Shown one piece after another: positions 14,416-29,129 of a stretch of 64,000 nucleotides of DNA. The stretch's first letter is position 1; each line of letters starts with the position of its first letter. The stretch lies in the NCBI RefSeq assembly GCF_055900595.2, contig NZ_CM148325.1. One strand, written 5' to 3'. The translations under genes and the position numbers were made by a program. Below the pieces are notes generated by a model. That model had not been told where the DNA came from. It made no database searches and worked only from the letters and a program-made list of their open reading frames with translations.

Positions 14416-15666
14416 ATGATGGCGGGAACCGTTTTGTATCAGGACCGCGCCATGAAACAGATAACCTTTGCTCCCCGTAATCACCTGCTCACCAATACCA
14501 ATACCTGGACGCCCGACAGCCAGTGGCTGGTATTTGACGTGCGTCCTTCTGGGGCGTCGTTTACCGGTGAGACCATTGAGCGCGTGAATATCCATACCGG
14601 CGAGGTCGAGGTTATCTACCGTGCGTCACAGGGCGCACACGTCGGCGTGGTGACCGTTCATCCGAAGTCAGAGAAATATGTCTTTATTCACGGCCCTGAA
14701 AATCCTGATGAAACATGGCATTACGACTTCCATCATCGACGCGGCGTGATTGCTGAAAGCGGCAAGGTGAGCAATCTCGATGCAATGGATATTACCGCGC
14801 CGTATACGCCAGGAGCGCTGCGTGGCGGCAGCCATGTACATGTCTTTAGCCCGAACGGTGAAATGGTGAGCTTTACCTATAACGACCATGTAATGCATGA
14901 ACGCGATCCGGCGCTGGATTTGCGCAACGTCGGTGTTGCGGTACCGTTTGGCCCGGTCAACGTACAAAAGCAGCATCCGCGTGAATACAGCGGCAGCCAC
15001 TGGTGCGTGTTGGTGAGTAACACCACGCCCACGCCGCAGCCTGGCAGTGATGAAATCAATCGTGCTTATGAAGAAGGATGGGTAGGAAACCACGCGCTGG
15101 CGTTTATTGGCGACACATTTTCGCCAAAGGGCGAGAAAGTGCCGGAGCTGTTTATCGTTGAGTTACCGCAAGATGAAGCTGGCTGGAAAGCGGCAGGTGA
15201 TGTGCCGTTAAGTGGAACGGAAACAACCCTGCCTGCGCCACCGCGTGGCGTCGTGCAGCGACGTTTAACCTTTACCCATCAGCGGGCTTATCCGGGGTTA
15301 GTCAACGTTCCGCGCCACTGGGTGCGCTGTAATCCGCAGGGTACGCAAATCGCGTTTTTAATGCGTGATGATAACGGCATTGTGCAATTGTGGCTTATCT
15401 CACCACAGGGCGGCGAGCCGCGCCAGTTAACCCATAACAAAACGGATATTCAGTCTGCATTTAACTGGCATCCGTCAGGAGAATGGTTGGGCTTTGTGCT
15501 GGATAATCGGATTGCTTGCGCCCATGCGCAAAGCGGCGAGGTTGAGTATTTAACCGAAAACCACGCCAATCCACCTTCTGCGGACGCCGTGGTCTTCTCG
15601 CCGGATGGTCGATGGCTGGCGTGGATGGAAGGCGGCCAGCTGTGGATCACCGAAACTGATCGCTAA
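14416..15666 (+). CDS. yidR: Conserved protein YidR (DUF3748)
   Basis: 416-aa ORF ...ITFAPRNHLLTNTNTWTPDSQWLVFDVRP...; start ambiguous among ATG 14416, 14419 and 14452 (the last has the best RBS, agga). Confidence 0.85.
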   Translation: MMAGTVLYQDRAMKQITFAPRNHLLTNTNTWTPDSQWLVFDVRPSGASFTGETIERVNIHTGEVEVIYRASQGAHVGVVTVHPKSEKYVFIHGPENPDETWHYDFHHRRGVIAESGKVSNLDAMDITAPYTPGALRGGSHVHVFSPNGEMVSFTYNDHVMHERDPALDLRNVGVAVPFGPVNVQKQHPREYSGSHWCVLVSNTTPTPQPGSDEINRAYEEGWVGNHALAFIGDTFSPKGEKVPELFIVELPQDEAGWKAAGDVPLSGTETTLPAPPRGVVQRRLTFTHQRAYPGLVNVPRHWVRCNPQGTQIAFLMRDDNGIVQLWLISPQGGEPRQLTHNKTDIQSAFNWHPSGEWLGFVLDNRIACAHAQSGEVEYLTENHANPPSADAVVFSPDGRWLAWMEGGQLWITETDR

Positions 15667-15667
15667 A

Positions 15668-16000
15668 TCAGTTATCAGGCATTCTGGCGGGTGGAATAAC
15701 CGCATTGGTGGCTTGCGCGTTGGCTTCGCTTTTTTCAACGCGTGAGCGCACCGAGCTGTCTTTGCGGAATACATCCCACGGCAGTAAAAGCGTATCCATC
15801 ACAGCGGTAAACGGCATATCGAGAATCGCTAGCGACTTAGTGCCCCAGTTGGTTTCATCGTCGCCAATCATGGTGGCGCTGGCGCGGGTGCCGGGATATG
15901 TTCCTTCTTTCCCCCCGGTATGGGACATCACGCTGGAGCATCCTCCGAGTAATGTCATTCCGCTGCATATCATGAACGCTAACAACACATTTCTTATCAT
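15668..16000 (-). CDS. yidQ: Small lipoprotein YidQ (DUF1375)
   Basis: Internal ATG at 16000 gives MIRNVLLAFMICSGMTLLGGC (lipobox LGGC), 110 aa; ORF track shows a longer frame to 16075. Confidence 0.85.
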   Translation of the reverse strand: MIRNVLLAFMICSGMTLLGGCSSVMSHTGGKEGTYPGTRASATMIGDDETNWGTKSLAILDMPFTAVMDTLLLPWDVFRKDSSVRSRVEKSEANAQATNAVIPPARMPDN

Positions 16001-16174
16001 AATAAATTCATCTGTTGATCGTGGGTGTTGGCCTGATGAGTTATAGCGATCCCTTGCTGAAAATAACATCATCATTACGTCGCACTGTGGCGGCTATCGC
16101 ACTTTAACGTTTCGTGCTGCCCCCTCAGTCTATGCAATAGACCATAAACTGCAAAAAAAAGTCCGCTGATAAGG

Positions 16175-16204
16175 CTTGAAAAGTTCATTTCCAGACCCAT
16201 TTTT
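16175..16204 (+). promoter_or_regulatory. Sigma-32 heat-shock promoter of ibpAB
   Basis: cttgaaa (16175-16181) then 14 nt then cccattttt (16196-16204), matching the sigma-32 consensus TTGAAA-N13-14-CCCCATnT; leaves an about 100-nt 5' UTR consistent with the known ibpA RNA thermometer. Confidence 0.75.
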
Positions 16205-16305
16205 ACATCGTAGCCGATGAGGACGCGCCTGATGGGTGTTCTGGCTACCTGACCTGTCCATTGTGGAAGGTCTTACATTCTCGCTGATTTCAGGAGCTAT
16301 TGATT

Positions 16306-16719
16306 ATGCGTAACTTTGATTTATCCCCGCTTTACCGTTCTGCTATTGGATTTGACCGTTTGTTTAACCACTTAGAAAACAACCAGAGCCAGAGTAATGG
16401 CGGCTACCCTCCGTATAACGTTGAACTGGTAGACGAAAACCATTACCGCATTGCTATCGCTGTGGCTGGTTTTGCTGAGAGCGAACTGGAGATTACCGCC
16501 CAGGATAATCTGTTGGTGGTGAAAGGTGCTCATGCCGACGAACAAAAAGAGCGCACCTATCTGTACCAGGGCATCGCTGAACGCAACTTTGAACGCAAAT
16601 TCCAGTTAGCTGAGAACATTCATGTTCGTGGTGCTAACCTGGTAAATGGTTTGCTGTATATCGATCTCGAACGTGTGATTCCGGAAGCGAAAAAACCGCG
16701 CCGTATCGAAATCAACTAA
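16306..16719 (+). CDS. ibpA: Small heat shock protein IbpA (alpha-crystallin family)
   Basis: 137-aa protein [25 protein letters not shown]...RRIEIN. Confidence 0.97.
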
Positions 16720-16830
16720 TTCCCTAAGGCCGCCTGGCGCGGCCTGATATCTCCATGCTCGCCGTCAGGGAGCATATGCGAATCTTCGGATTTGCAGGTA
16801 CTTACTCGCTTCTTAGAAGGAGAAATGACT

Positions 16831-17259
16831 ATGCGTAACTTCGATTTATCCCCACTGATGCGTCAATGGATCGGTTTTGACAAACTGGCCAACGCACTGC
16901 AAAACGCCGGTGAAAGCCAAAGCTTCCCACCGTACAACATTGAAAAAAGCGACGATAACCACTACCGCATTACCCTCGCGCTGGCAGGTTTTCGTCAGGA
17001 AGATTTAGAGATTCAACTGGAAGGTACGCGCCTGAGCGTAAAAGGCACGCCGGAGCAGCCAAAAGAAGAGAAGAAATGGCTGCATCAAGGGCTTATGAAT
17101 CAGCCGTTTAGCCTGAGTTTTACGCTGGCTGAAAATATGGAAGTCTCTGGCGCAACCTTCGTAAACGGTTTACTGCATATTGATTTAATTCGTAATGAGC
17201 CTGAACCCATCGCAGCGCAGCGTATCGCTATCAGCGAACGTCCCGCGTTAAATAGCTAA
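16831..17259 (+). CDS. ibpB: Small heat shock protein IbpB
   Basis: 142-aa paralogue [25 protein letters not shown]... directly downstream of ibpA. Confidence 0.97.
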
Positions 17260-17274
17260 CTAGCTATTCTCTTT

Positions 17275-17302
17275 GCCCCACCATTCTGGTGGGGCTTTTT
17301 TT
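17275..17302 (+). terminator. Rho-independent terminator after ibpB
   Basis: gccccaccattctggtggggc hairpin followed by ttttttt. Confidence 0.8.
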
Positions 17303-17454
17303 GTCTTTCTTCTTCAACAATGCGTTAATTTTCGCCTGTTTAAGATATTTCGGCACGTTCTTTCCCGTGATAATGTGCGCTATAAGGCAAATCTGCTTCA
17401 CCGATTCAGCCATAATCCGTAGCAATTAAAATGTTATCTCAAGAGAAATGGACG

Positions 17455-19116
17455 ATGAGTGATATAGCATTAACGGTCAGTATTCTGGCTTTGGTGGCAG
17501 TCGTCGGTTTGTTTATCGGCAACGTCAAATTTCGCGGCATAGGATTAGGTATTGGCGGCGTGCTGTTTGGTGGGATCATCGTCGGCCATTTTGTTTCTCA
17601 GGCGGGGATGACATTAAGTAGCGATATGCTGCATGTTATTCAGGAATTTGGCCTGATCCTGTTCGTTTATACCATCGGTATTCAGGTGGGGCCGGGCTTC
17701 TTTGCTTCATTGCGCGTCTCCGGATTACGCCTCAACTTGTTTGCTGTTCTGATTGTCATCATCGGTGGTCTGGTTACCGCCATCCTGCATAAGCTGTTTG
17801 ATATTCCACTGCCGGTCGTGCTGGGGATTTTCTCCGGTGCGGTAACCAATACGCCAGCGCTGGGGGCGGGGCAGCAGATCTTGCGCGACCTGGGTACACC
17901 AATGGAAATGGTCGATCAGATGGGGATGAGCTACGCGATGGCGTATCCATTTGGCATTTGCGGGATCTTGTTCACCATGTGGATGTTGCGGGTTATTTTC
18001 CGCGTCAATGTCGAGACAGAAGCCCAGCAGCACGAGTCTTCACGCACCAATGGCGGCGCGCTGATCAAGACTATCAATATTCGCGTTGAGAACCCTAACC
18101 TGCATGATTTAGCCATTAAAGATGTACCGATTCTCAACGGGGACAAAATTATCTGTTCGCGTCTGAAACGAGAAGAAACCCTAAAAGTACCTTCGCCTGA
18201 TACCATTATCCAACTGGGCGATTTGCTGCATCTGGTGGGGCAGCCAGCGGATTTACATAATGCGCAACTGGTGATTGGTCAGGAGGTCGATACCTCGCTG
18301 TCCACGAAAGGCACTGATTTACGCGTCGAGCGTGTGGTGGTCACCAATGAAAACGTGCTTGGTAAGCGTATTCGCGATCTGCACTTTAAAGAACGCTATG
18401 ACGTTGTTATTTCGCGTCTGAACCGTGCTGGGGTCGAACTGGTCGCCAGTGGTGATATCAGCCTGCAGTTCGGCGATATCCTCAACCTGGTGGGGCGTCC
18501 GTCCGCAATTGATGCCGTTGCCAATGTGCTGGGGAATGCGCAGCAGAAACTGCAACAGGTTCAGATGCTGCCGGTGTTTATTGGTATCGGGCTTGGCGTA
18601 TTGTTAGGTTCTATTCCCGTCTTTGTGCCGGGATTCCCGGCGGCGTTGAAACTGGGACTGGCGGGCGGTCCGCTGATTATGGCGTTGATCCTCGGGCGTA
18701 TCGGCAGTATCGGTAAGCTGTACTGGTTTATGCCGCCAAGCGCCAACCTCGCGCTGCGGGAGCTGGGGATCGTACTGTTCCTCTCGGTAGTGGGGCTGAA
18801 ATCTGGTGGGGATTTTGTAAATACCCTGGTCAATGGCGAAGGGCTAAGCTGGATTGGATATGGTGCCCTGATCACCGCCGTTCCGCTGATTACTGTTGGT
18901 ATTCTGGCGCGGATGTTAGCCAAAATGAATTACCTGACCATGTGCGGAATGCTGGCTGGCTCCATGACCGATCCTCCGGCGCTGGCGTTTGCTAATAATC
19001 TTCATCCAACGAGCGGTGCGGCGGCGCTCTCTTACGCCACTGTTTATCCGTTAGTGATGTTCCTGCGCATTATCACCCCCCAATTACTGGCGGTGCTCTT
19101 CTGGAGTATCGGTTAA
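17455..19116 (+). CDS. yidE: Putative transporter YidE (AAE family, duplicated membrane domains with central TrkA-C/RCK domains)
   Basis: 553-aa protein [23 protein letters not shown]...; hydrophobic N- and C-terminal halves flank a soluble middle segment. Confidence 0.9.
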
Positions 19117-19829
19117 CTCTTTTCCGGGTGGAGTCGCCGTAAATGGTACTCCACCTGGTATTCGTTGGCATTTCTGAACATTACTGAATAATTCAAAAAC
19201 TCCCCGCTCTCGCTATATGACAACGAGGTGATCCGCAGCAGTGGTGTGTGTTCCGCTACCTTCATTTGCCGCGCCAGTAGTCTATCGGCGAGCACCGGCG
19301 TCAGGCTTTCATAATTACCGCCAATCAGAATCCCGCACTCTTGTTCAATATATTCAAACTTCGACCCTTCCAGATGTTGCAGCGATAGGTTGCGGAACAG
19401 TTTTACCGGCATATAGCTGTCTTCCAGCATCAGCGGTTTCCCTTCCACAAAACGAACGCGACGGGAGAAGTAGATCTGCTCGTTGATTTGAATCCGTAAC
19501 TGGCTGGCAATGGCCGGAGGCGCAGGCATGATTTCAAATATTAGCACCTGGCTGGTGACCGTTTTTCCCTGGCGTTTTAACACCTCCACCAGCCCGGTAA
19601 GGCTGGCAGTTTGATGCAGTACATCTTTGCGCACCAGATAAGTACCGCTGCCGTGGCGGCGGACCACCAACCCCCACGCCACCAGCAGGTCAATGGCTTT
19701 ACGGATGGTCATCCGTGATACCGCAAATTCTTCCGCCAGCTTTTTTTCACCGGGAAGAAGACTGTTTAGCGTGAAATCCGCGGAGTTAAGTCGAATTCTT
19801 AACCGCTCCGCAATGCTTTTGTAGATCAT
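19113..19829 (-). CDS. yidP: GntR-family transcriptional regulator YidP (UTRA effector domain)
   Basis: Internal ATG at 19829 gives [55 protein letters not shown] (GntR HTH), 238 aa; convergent 4-nt overlap with yidE. Confidence 0.85.
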
Positions 19830-20124
19830 CTCTAGATCTCTTTTTTGCCTGCAAGCCCGGGTAAAGCGCCCACAAATTTCGATTAATCCGTTGAAAAAGC
19901 ATCTTTTTTTTAGTGATGTGTTCGATGCTGTGTACCCGTGTTCACAGATGTCTACTTTTTCGCGAAAACGTAGATCTCTACCGCTCAACGAAAAGCATGA
20001 AAGCGATCACGAATCCCACTGGGTCGTCATGTTCTGCCGATAGCATCTTCCTATCCTCGCTCCAGGCCTGCCGCATAACCAATCAGGCTTCCTACTTACA
20101 GAATTGAGAAAAGAGGATGTGGAA

Positions 20125-23953
<3,829 letters not shown>

Positions 23954-24119
23954 TTTAATATCCCTCCGGCGAATTATGCTCACAACCTGAACTTAACAGA
24001 AAACAATCCGTTCAGGGATACGACGTTTGTATTTTAAGAATCTGACTGCCTGACCCGACGCATTTTACCTCTCCCTATATTCATGCGTCCGGGACATAAA
24101 CATAAATAAGGGCTATGAG

Positions 24120-25835
24120 ATGAATTCGTTACAAATCTTGAGTTTTGTCGGTTTTACGCTGCTGGTGGCGGTCATCACCTGGTGGAAGGTCCGCAAAACA
24201 GATACCGGATCGCAACAAGGCTATTTTCTTGCCGGACGTTCACTAAAAGCGCCGGTTATTGCCGCTTCGTTAATGTTAACCAACCTTTCCACGGAACAAC
24301 TGGTTGGACTTTCCGGGCAGGCCTACAAAAGCGGCATGTCGGTGATGGGCTGGGAAGTCACTTCTGCGGTGACGCTGATCTTCCTCGCGCTAATCTTTTT
24401 ACCGCGCTATCTGAAGCGTGGCATTGCCACCATCCCCGATTTCCTGGAGGAACGTTATGATAAAACGACGCGTATTATCATCGACTTCTGCTTCCTCATT
24501 GCCACCGGTGTCTGCTTTCTGCCGATTGTTCTCTACTCCGGCGCGTTGGCGCTCAACAGCCTGTTTCACGTCGGGGAATCGTTACAAATTTCCCACGGCG
24601 CAGCGATCTGGCTACTGGTTATTTTGCTTGGCCTGGCGGGAATTTTGTATGCGGTGATCGGCGGACTGCGCGCAATGGCAGTGGCGGACTCCATTAACGG
24701 TATTGGGCTGGTTATTGGCGGGTTGATGGTGCCGATATTTGGCCTGATCGCGATGGGCAAGGGCAGCTTTATGCAGGGCATTGAGCAACTCACCACCGTT
24801 CACGCCGAGAAATTAAACTCAGTCGGTGGCCCGACCGATCCCTTGCCGATTGGCGCGGCATTTACCGGTTTGATTCTGGTGAACACCTTTTACTGGTGTA
24901 CAAATCAGGGCATCGTGCAACGCACGCTGGCGTCAAAAAGCCTGGCGGAAGGGCAAAAGGGGGCGCTGTTAACGGCGGTGCTGAAAATGCTCGACCCGCT
25001 GGTACTGGTGCTGCCAGGGTTGATTGCGTTTCATCTGTATCAGGATTTACCTAAAGCCGACATGGCCTACCCGACGCTGGTCAATAACGTTCTGCCAGTG
25101 CCACTGGTGGGTTTCTTCGGCGCGGTGTTATTTGGTGCGGTGATCAGTACCTTCAACGGCTTTCTGAATAGCGCCAGTACGTTGTTCAGTATGGGTATTT
25201 ACCGGCGCATCATTAACCAGAATGCCGAGCCGCAACAGCTGGTCACCGTTGGGCGCAAATTTGGTTTCTTTATCGCCATCGTTTCGGTGCTGGTCGCGCC
25301 GTGGATCGCCAACGCGCCGCAGGGGCTGTATAGCTGGATGAAACAGCTCAACGGTATTTACAACGTGCCGCTGGTTACCATCATCATTATGGGCTTTTTC
25401 TTCCCGCGCATTCCGGCGCTGGCGGCAAAAGTGGCGATGGGGATTGGCATAATCAGCTACATCACCATCAACTATCTGGTGAAGTTCGACTTCCATTTCC
25501 TCTATGTGCTGGCCTGTACGTTCTGTATCAACGTGGTAGTGATGCTGGTGATCGGTTTTATCAAACCGCGCGCCACGCCGTTCACCTTCAAAGATGCGTT
25601 TGCGGTGGACATGAAACCGTGGAAAAACGTCAAGATCGCGTCAATTGGTATCCTGTTCGCGATGATTGGCGTCTATGCCGGGCTGGCTGAATTCGGCGGC
25701 TACGGTACGCGCTGGTTAGCGATGATCAGTTATTTCATCGCTGCCGTAGTGATTGTCTACCTGATTTTGGACAGCTGGCGGCATCGTCACGACCCAGCCG
25801 TAACCTTTACTCCCGACGCGAAGGATAGCCTATGA
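24120..25835 (+). CDS. yidK: Sodium:solute symporter family transporter YidK
   Basis: 571-aa polytopic membrane protein MNSLQILSFVGFTLLVAVITWW...; SSF-type topology. Confidence 0.9.
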   Translation: MNSLQILSFVGFTLLVAVITWWKVRKTDTGSQQGYFLAGRSLKAPVIAASLMLTNLSTEQLVGLSGQAYKSGMSVMGWEVTSAVTLIFLALIFLPRYLKRGIATIPDFLEERYDKTTRIIIDFCFLIATGVCFLPIVLYSGALALNSLFHVGESLQISHGAAIWLLVILLGLAGILYAVIGGLRAMAVADSINGIGLVIGGLMVPIFGLIAMGKGSFMQGIEQLTTVHAEKLNSVGGPTDPLPIGAAFTGLILVNTFYWCTNQGIVQRTLASKSLAEGQKGALLTAVLKMLDPLVLVLPGLIAFHLYQDLPKADMAYPTLVNNVLPVPLVGFFGAVLFGAVISTFNGFLNSASTLFSMGIYRRIINQNAEPQQLVTVGRKFGFFIAIVSVLVAPWIANAPQGLYSWMKQLNGIYNVPLVTIIIMGFFFPRIPALAAKVAMGIGIISYITINYLVKFDFHFLYVLACTFCINVVVMLVIGFIKPRATPFTFKDAFAVDMKPWKNVKIASIGILFAMIGVYAGLAEFGGYGTRWLAMISYFIAAVVIVYLILDSWRHRHDPAVTFTPDAKDSL

Positions 25836-27325
25836 AACGCCCCAATTTTCTGTTCATCATGACCGATACCCAGGCCACCAATATGGTCGGTTGCTATAGC
25901 GGTAAGCCGCTGAATACGAAAAATATTGATAGTCTGGCGGCGGAAAGTATTCGCTTTAATTCCGCCTATACCTGTTCACCGGTTTGTACACCAGCGCGCG
26001 CCGGGCTGTTTACCGGTATCTACGCTAACCAGTCCGGCCCGTGGACCAATAACGTCGCGCCGGGCAAAAACATCTCCACTATGGGACGCTACTTTAAGGA
26101 TGCGGGCTATCACACCTGTTACATTGGCAAATGGCATCTCGACGGTCATGACTATTTCGGCACTGGCGAGTGTCCGCCGGAGTGGGACGCTGATTACTGG
26201 TTCGATGGGGCGAACTACCTTAGCGAACTGACGGAAAAAGAGATCAGCCTGTGGCGCAATGGCCTAAACAGTGTTGAGGATTTACAGGCGAACCAGATCG
26301 ACGAAACCTTCACCTGGGCGCACCGCATCAGCAATCGGGCGGTAGATTTTCTGCAACAGCCCGCGCGCGCCGAGGAACCCTTCCTGATGGTGGTTTCGTA
26401 TGATGAGCCGCATCACCCGTTCACTTGTCCGGTTGAGTATTTAGAGAAATACGCTGATTTTTACTACGAACTTGGCGAGAAATCACAGGATGACCTGGCG
26501 AACAAACCGGAACATCACCGCTTATGGGCGCAGGCAATGCCATCGCCAGTCGGTGATGACGGGCTTTATCACCATCCGCTCTATTTTGCCTGCAATGACT
26601 TTGTTGATGACCAAATTGGACGGGTCATCAACGCATTAACGCCAGAGCAGCGTGAAAGTACGTGGGTCATTTATACCTCCGATCACGGCGAAATGATGGG
26701 CGCACATAAGCTGATCAGTAAAGGAGCCGCGATGTATGACGACATCACCCGTATTCCGCTGATCATCCGTTCGCCGCAAGGGGAGCGGCGGCAGGTCGAT
26801 ACACCTGTCAGTCATATCGATTTACTGCCGACAATGATGGCGCTGGCAGATATTGAAAAACCAGACATTCTGCCAGGGGAAAATATCCTTACTGTGAAAG
26901 AGCCGCGTGGCGTGATGGTGGAATTTAACCGTTATGAGATTGAGCATGACAGCTTTGGCGGTTTTATTCCGGTGCGTTGCTGGGTGACGGATGATTTTAA
27001 ACTGGTGCTAAACCTCTTCACCAGTGATGAACTTTACGATCGCCGTAACGACCCAAATGAAATGCATAACCTGATCGATGATATCCGTTTTGCCGACGTT
27101 CGCAGCAAAATGCATGACGCCTTGCTGGATTACATGGACAAAATTCGCGATCCGTTCCGCAGTTACCAATGGAGTCTGCGTCCGTGGCGTAAAGATGCGC
27201 AACCGCGCTGGATGGGGGCGTTCCGTCCACGCCCACAGGATGGCTATTCGCCGGTAGTACGCGATTATGACACCGGCCTGCCAACACAAGGGGTGAAGGT
27301 GGAAGAGAAAAAACAGAAGTTTTGA
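25832..27325 (+). CDS. yidJ: Sulfatase YidJ
   Basis: 497-aa ORF with sulfatase signature CSPVCTPARAGLFTG (C-x-P-x-R formylglycine motif); overlaps yidK stop by 4 nt. Confidence 0.92.
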   Translation: MKRPNFLFIMTDTQATNMVGCYSGKPLNTKNIDSLAAESIRFNSAYTCSPVCTPARAGLFTGIYANQSGPWTNNVAPGKNISTMGRYFKDAGYHTCYIGKWHLDGHDYFGTGECPPEWDADYWFDGANYLSELTEKEISLWRNGLNSVEDLQANQIDETFTWAHRISNRAVDFLQQPARAEEPFLMVVSYDEPHHPFTCPVEYLEKYADFYYELGEKSQDDLANKPEHHRLWAQAMPSPVGDDGLYHHPLYFACNDFVDDQIGRVINALTPEQRESTWVIYTSDHGEMMGAHKLISKGAAMYDDITRIPLIIRSPQGERRQVDTPVSHIDLLPTMMALADIEKPDILPGENILTVKEPRGVMVEFNRYEIEHDSFGGFIPVRCWVTDDFKLVLNLFTSDELYDRRNDPNEMHNLIDDIRFADVRSKMHDALLDYMDKIRDPFRSYQWSLRPWRKDAQPRWMGAFRPRPQDGYSPVVRDYDTGLPTQGVKVEEKKQKF

Positions 27326-27371
27326 CGATAATGCCCGCTGATGATCACCCGGCGGGCATTATTCAGGCTGC

Positions 27372-27821
27372 TTAAACCAGCGAACCGCCGGTCAGGAAGG
27401 AAAAGATAAGGAATATCAGCAAAATGCTGCACACGATGCCGATACCAAAAAGCAAGGTATGGAAAGCCAGCGTCCCGCCGCCAAAAACCAGAGCGCCGCG
27501 AATGCCCCAGCGATTTTCCTTACGCATACCGCCAATAAATGCGCAAAGTAGCGCGGCAATGGCCAGTGCGATTCCACCTTGATCGAGGATTTTATCGACA
27601 TCTACATCCTCTTTTTTCTCCACGGTGGTAATTTTTTCGCCTTTTATTCCGGCGAGAAGACCTCTTTTAATTTCAGCCGTTTTGTCCGCCACGATGCTTT
27701 CAAGCGTTGGCGGTGGTGCGGAAAAAGGGCCGAATGAAAAGTGGATAATCCCCATTATTAAAGCGATGGCACCGAACAGCATGCCCAATGAACTGATTTT
27801 ATTTTGCGCTATGATACCCAT
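27372..27821 (-). CDS. yidI: Inner membrane protein YidI
   Basis: Start at ATG 27821 giving MGIIAQNKISSLGMLFGAIALIMG..., 149 aa, three predicted TM segments. Confidence 0.85.
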   Translation of the reverse strand: MGIIAQNKISSLGMLFGAIALIMGIIHFSFGPFSAPPPTLESIVADKTAEIKRGLLAGIKGEKITTVEKKEDVDVDKILDQGGIALAIAALLCAFIGGMRKENRWGIRGALVFGGGTLAFHTLLFGIGIVCSILLIFLIFSFLTGGSLV

Positions 27822-27928
27822 CTGACCTCCTTGTAGCGGATGGCAAAAGCATATCAGGAAACGGGTGGACGAAATTCTTAAAAAAACCGCTAAAGGTAGA
27901 GCGTTAGTGAAATTGCAAAGGAGCAACA

Positions 27929-28276
27929 ATGAAAATTTCCCGCCTCGGAGAAGCGCCCGATTACCGCTTCTCGCTGGCTAATGAGCGTACTTTTTTGGCG
28001 TGGATCCGTACTGCACTAGGATTTCTGGCGGCGGGGGTTGGGCTTGATCAACTTGCGCCAGATTTCGCCACGCCCGTCATTCGCGAACTGCTGGCGTTGT
28101 TGTTGTGTCTGTTTTCCGGCGGGTTAGCGATGTATGGCTACTTGCGCTGGTTACGCAATGAAAAAGCGATGCGTCTGAAAGAGGACCTGCCCTATACCAA
28201 CAGCTTATTAATCATCAGCTTAATATTGATGGTCGTGGCGGTGATCGTTATGGGACTGGTGTTGTATGCCGGATAG
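27929..28276 (+). CDS. yidH: Inner membrane protein YidH (DUF202)
   Basis: 115-aa ORF MKISRLGEAPDYRFSLANERTFLAWIRTALGFLAAG. Confidence 0.88.
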   Translation: MKISRLGEAPDYRFSLANERTFLAWIRTALGFLAAGVGLDQLAPDFATPVIRELLALLLCLFSGGLAMYGYLRWLRNEKAMRLKEDLPYTNSLLIISLILMVVAVIVMGLVLYAG

Positions 28277-28628
28277 CCGCAAAGCCAGACGCATTGCCGA
28301 CCCAGGGCTGCAGCCGGAGCGTACATCACTGGCGTGGTTTCGTACCATGCTGGGCTACGGCGCGTTGATGGCGTTGGCTATCAAACACAACTGGCACCAG
28401 GCGGGCATGTTATTCTGGATTTCGATTGGCATCCTCGCCATCGTAGCGCTGATCCTCTGGCACTACACCCGTAATCGCAATTTAATGGATGTCACGAATA
28501 GCGATTTTTCCCAATTTCACGTAGTCCGTGACAAATTTTTGATCTCCCTCGCGGTGTTATCTCTCGCAATACTGTTTGCTGTAACGCATATACATCAACT
28601 TATCGTATTTATTGAGAGAGTCGCATGA
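28266..28628 (+). CDS. yidG: Inner membrane protein YidG
   Basis: 120-aa ORF overlapping yidH end; PERTSLAWFRT motif paralogous to YidH N-terminus. Confidence 0.88.
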   Translation: MPDSRKARRIADPGLQPERTSLAWFRTMLGYGALMALAIKHNWHQAGMLFWISIGILAIVALILWHYTRNRNLMDVTNSDFSQFHVVRDKFLISLAVLSLAILFAVTHIHQLIVFIERVA

Positions 28629-29122
28629 CAGGAAGTCAGGTCATTGATGCTGAAGAGGACAGGCATAAACTGGTTGTAGAGTATAAGGATGCTCTGCAAC
28701 CTGCCGATTTTTATTACAATTTCAAACAGCGGGGCATCCGCTCCGTACAGCTTATTCCCCATCTTGAATTTGATGACCGGGGCGATCTGACGGCCGCTTC
28801 GGTGACAGCAGAGCTGTGGGGGAAATTTTTAATTGCCCTGTTCGAGTGTTGGGTACGGGCAGATATCAGTCGTATCTCGATTGAGCTTTTTGACGCCACC
28901 CTACAAAAATGGTGTGGCAGCGAAAACCCGCAACCGCGCCGTGGCTGCCAGGCGTGCGACTGGCATCGGCTGTGCCCGCACGCTCGGGAGGAGACGCCAG
29001 ACAACGTGCTTTGTGCGGGCTATCAGGCGTTTTATTCTTACTCCGCGCCGCATATGCGGGTGATGCGTGATCTGATAAAGCAGCATCGTTCTCCCATGGA
29101 GCTGATGACGATGCTGCGGTGA
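28625..29122 (+). CDS. yidF: Cys-rich protein YidF
   Basis: 165-aa ORF overlapping yidG end; contains CxxC-like cysteine cluster (GCQACDWHRLCPH). Confidence 0.85.
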   Translation: MTGSQVIDAEEDRHKLVVEYKDALQPADFYYNFKQRGIRSVQLIPHLEFDDRGDLTAASVTAELWGKFLIALFECWVRADISRISIELFDATLQKWCGSENPQPRRGCQACDWHRLCPHAREETPDNVLCAGYQAFYSYSAPHMRVMRDLIKQHRSPMELMTMLR

Positions 29123-29129
29123 CGTGAGC

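Noticed and set aside
14668-15093. 141-aa minus-strand ORF inside yidR and 164-aa minus-strand ORF (20874..21368) inside glvC
   Set aside because: Embedded antisense to conserved genes with no supporting signals.
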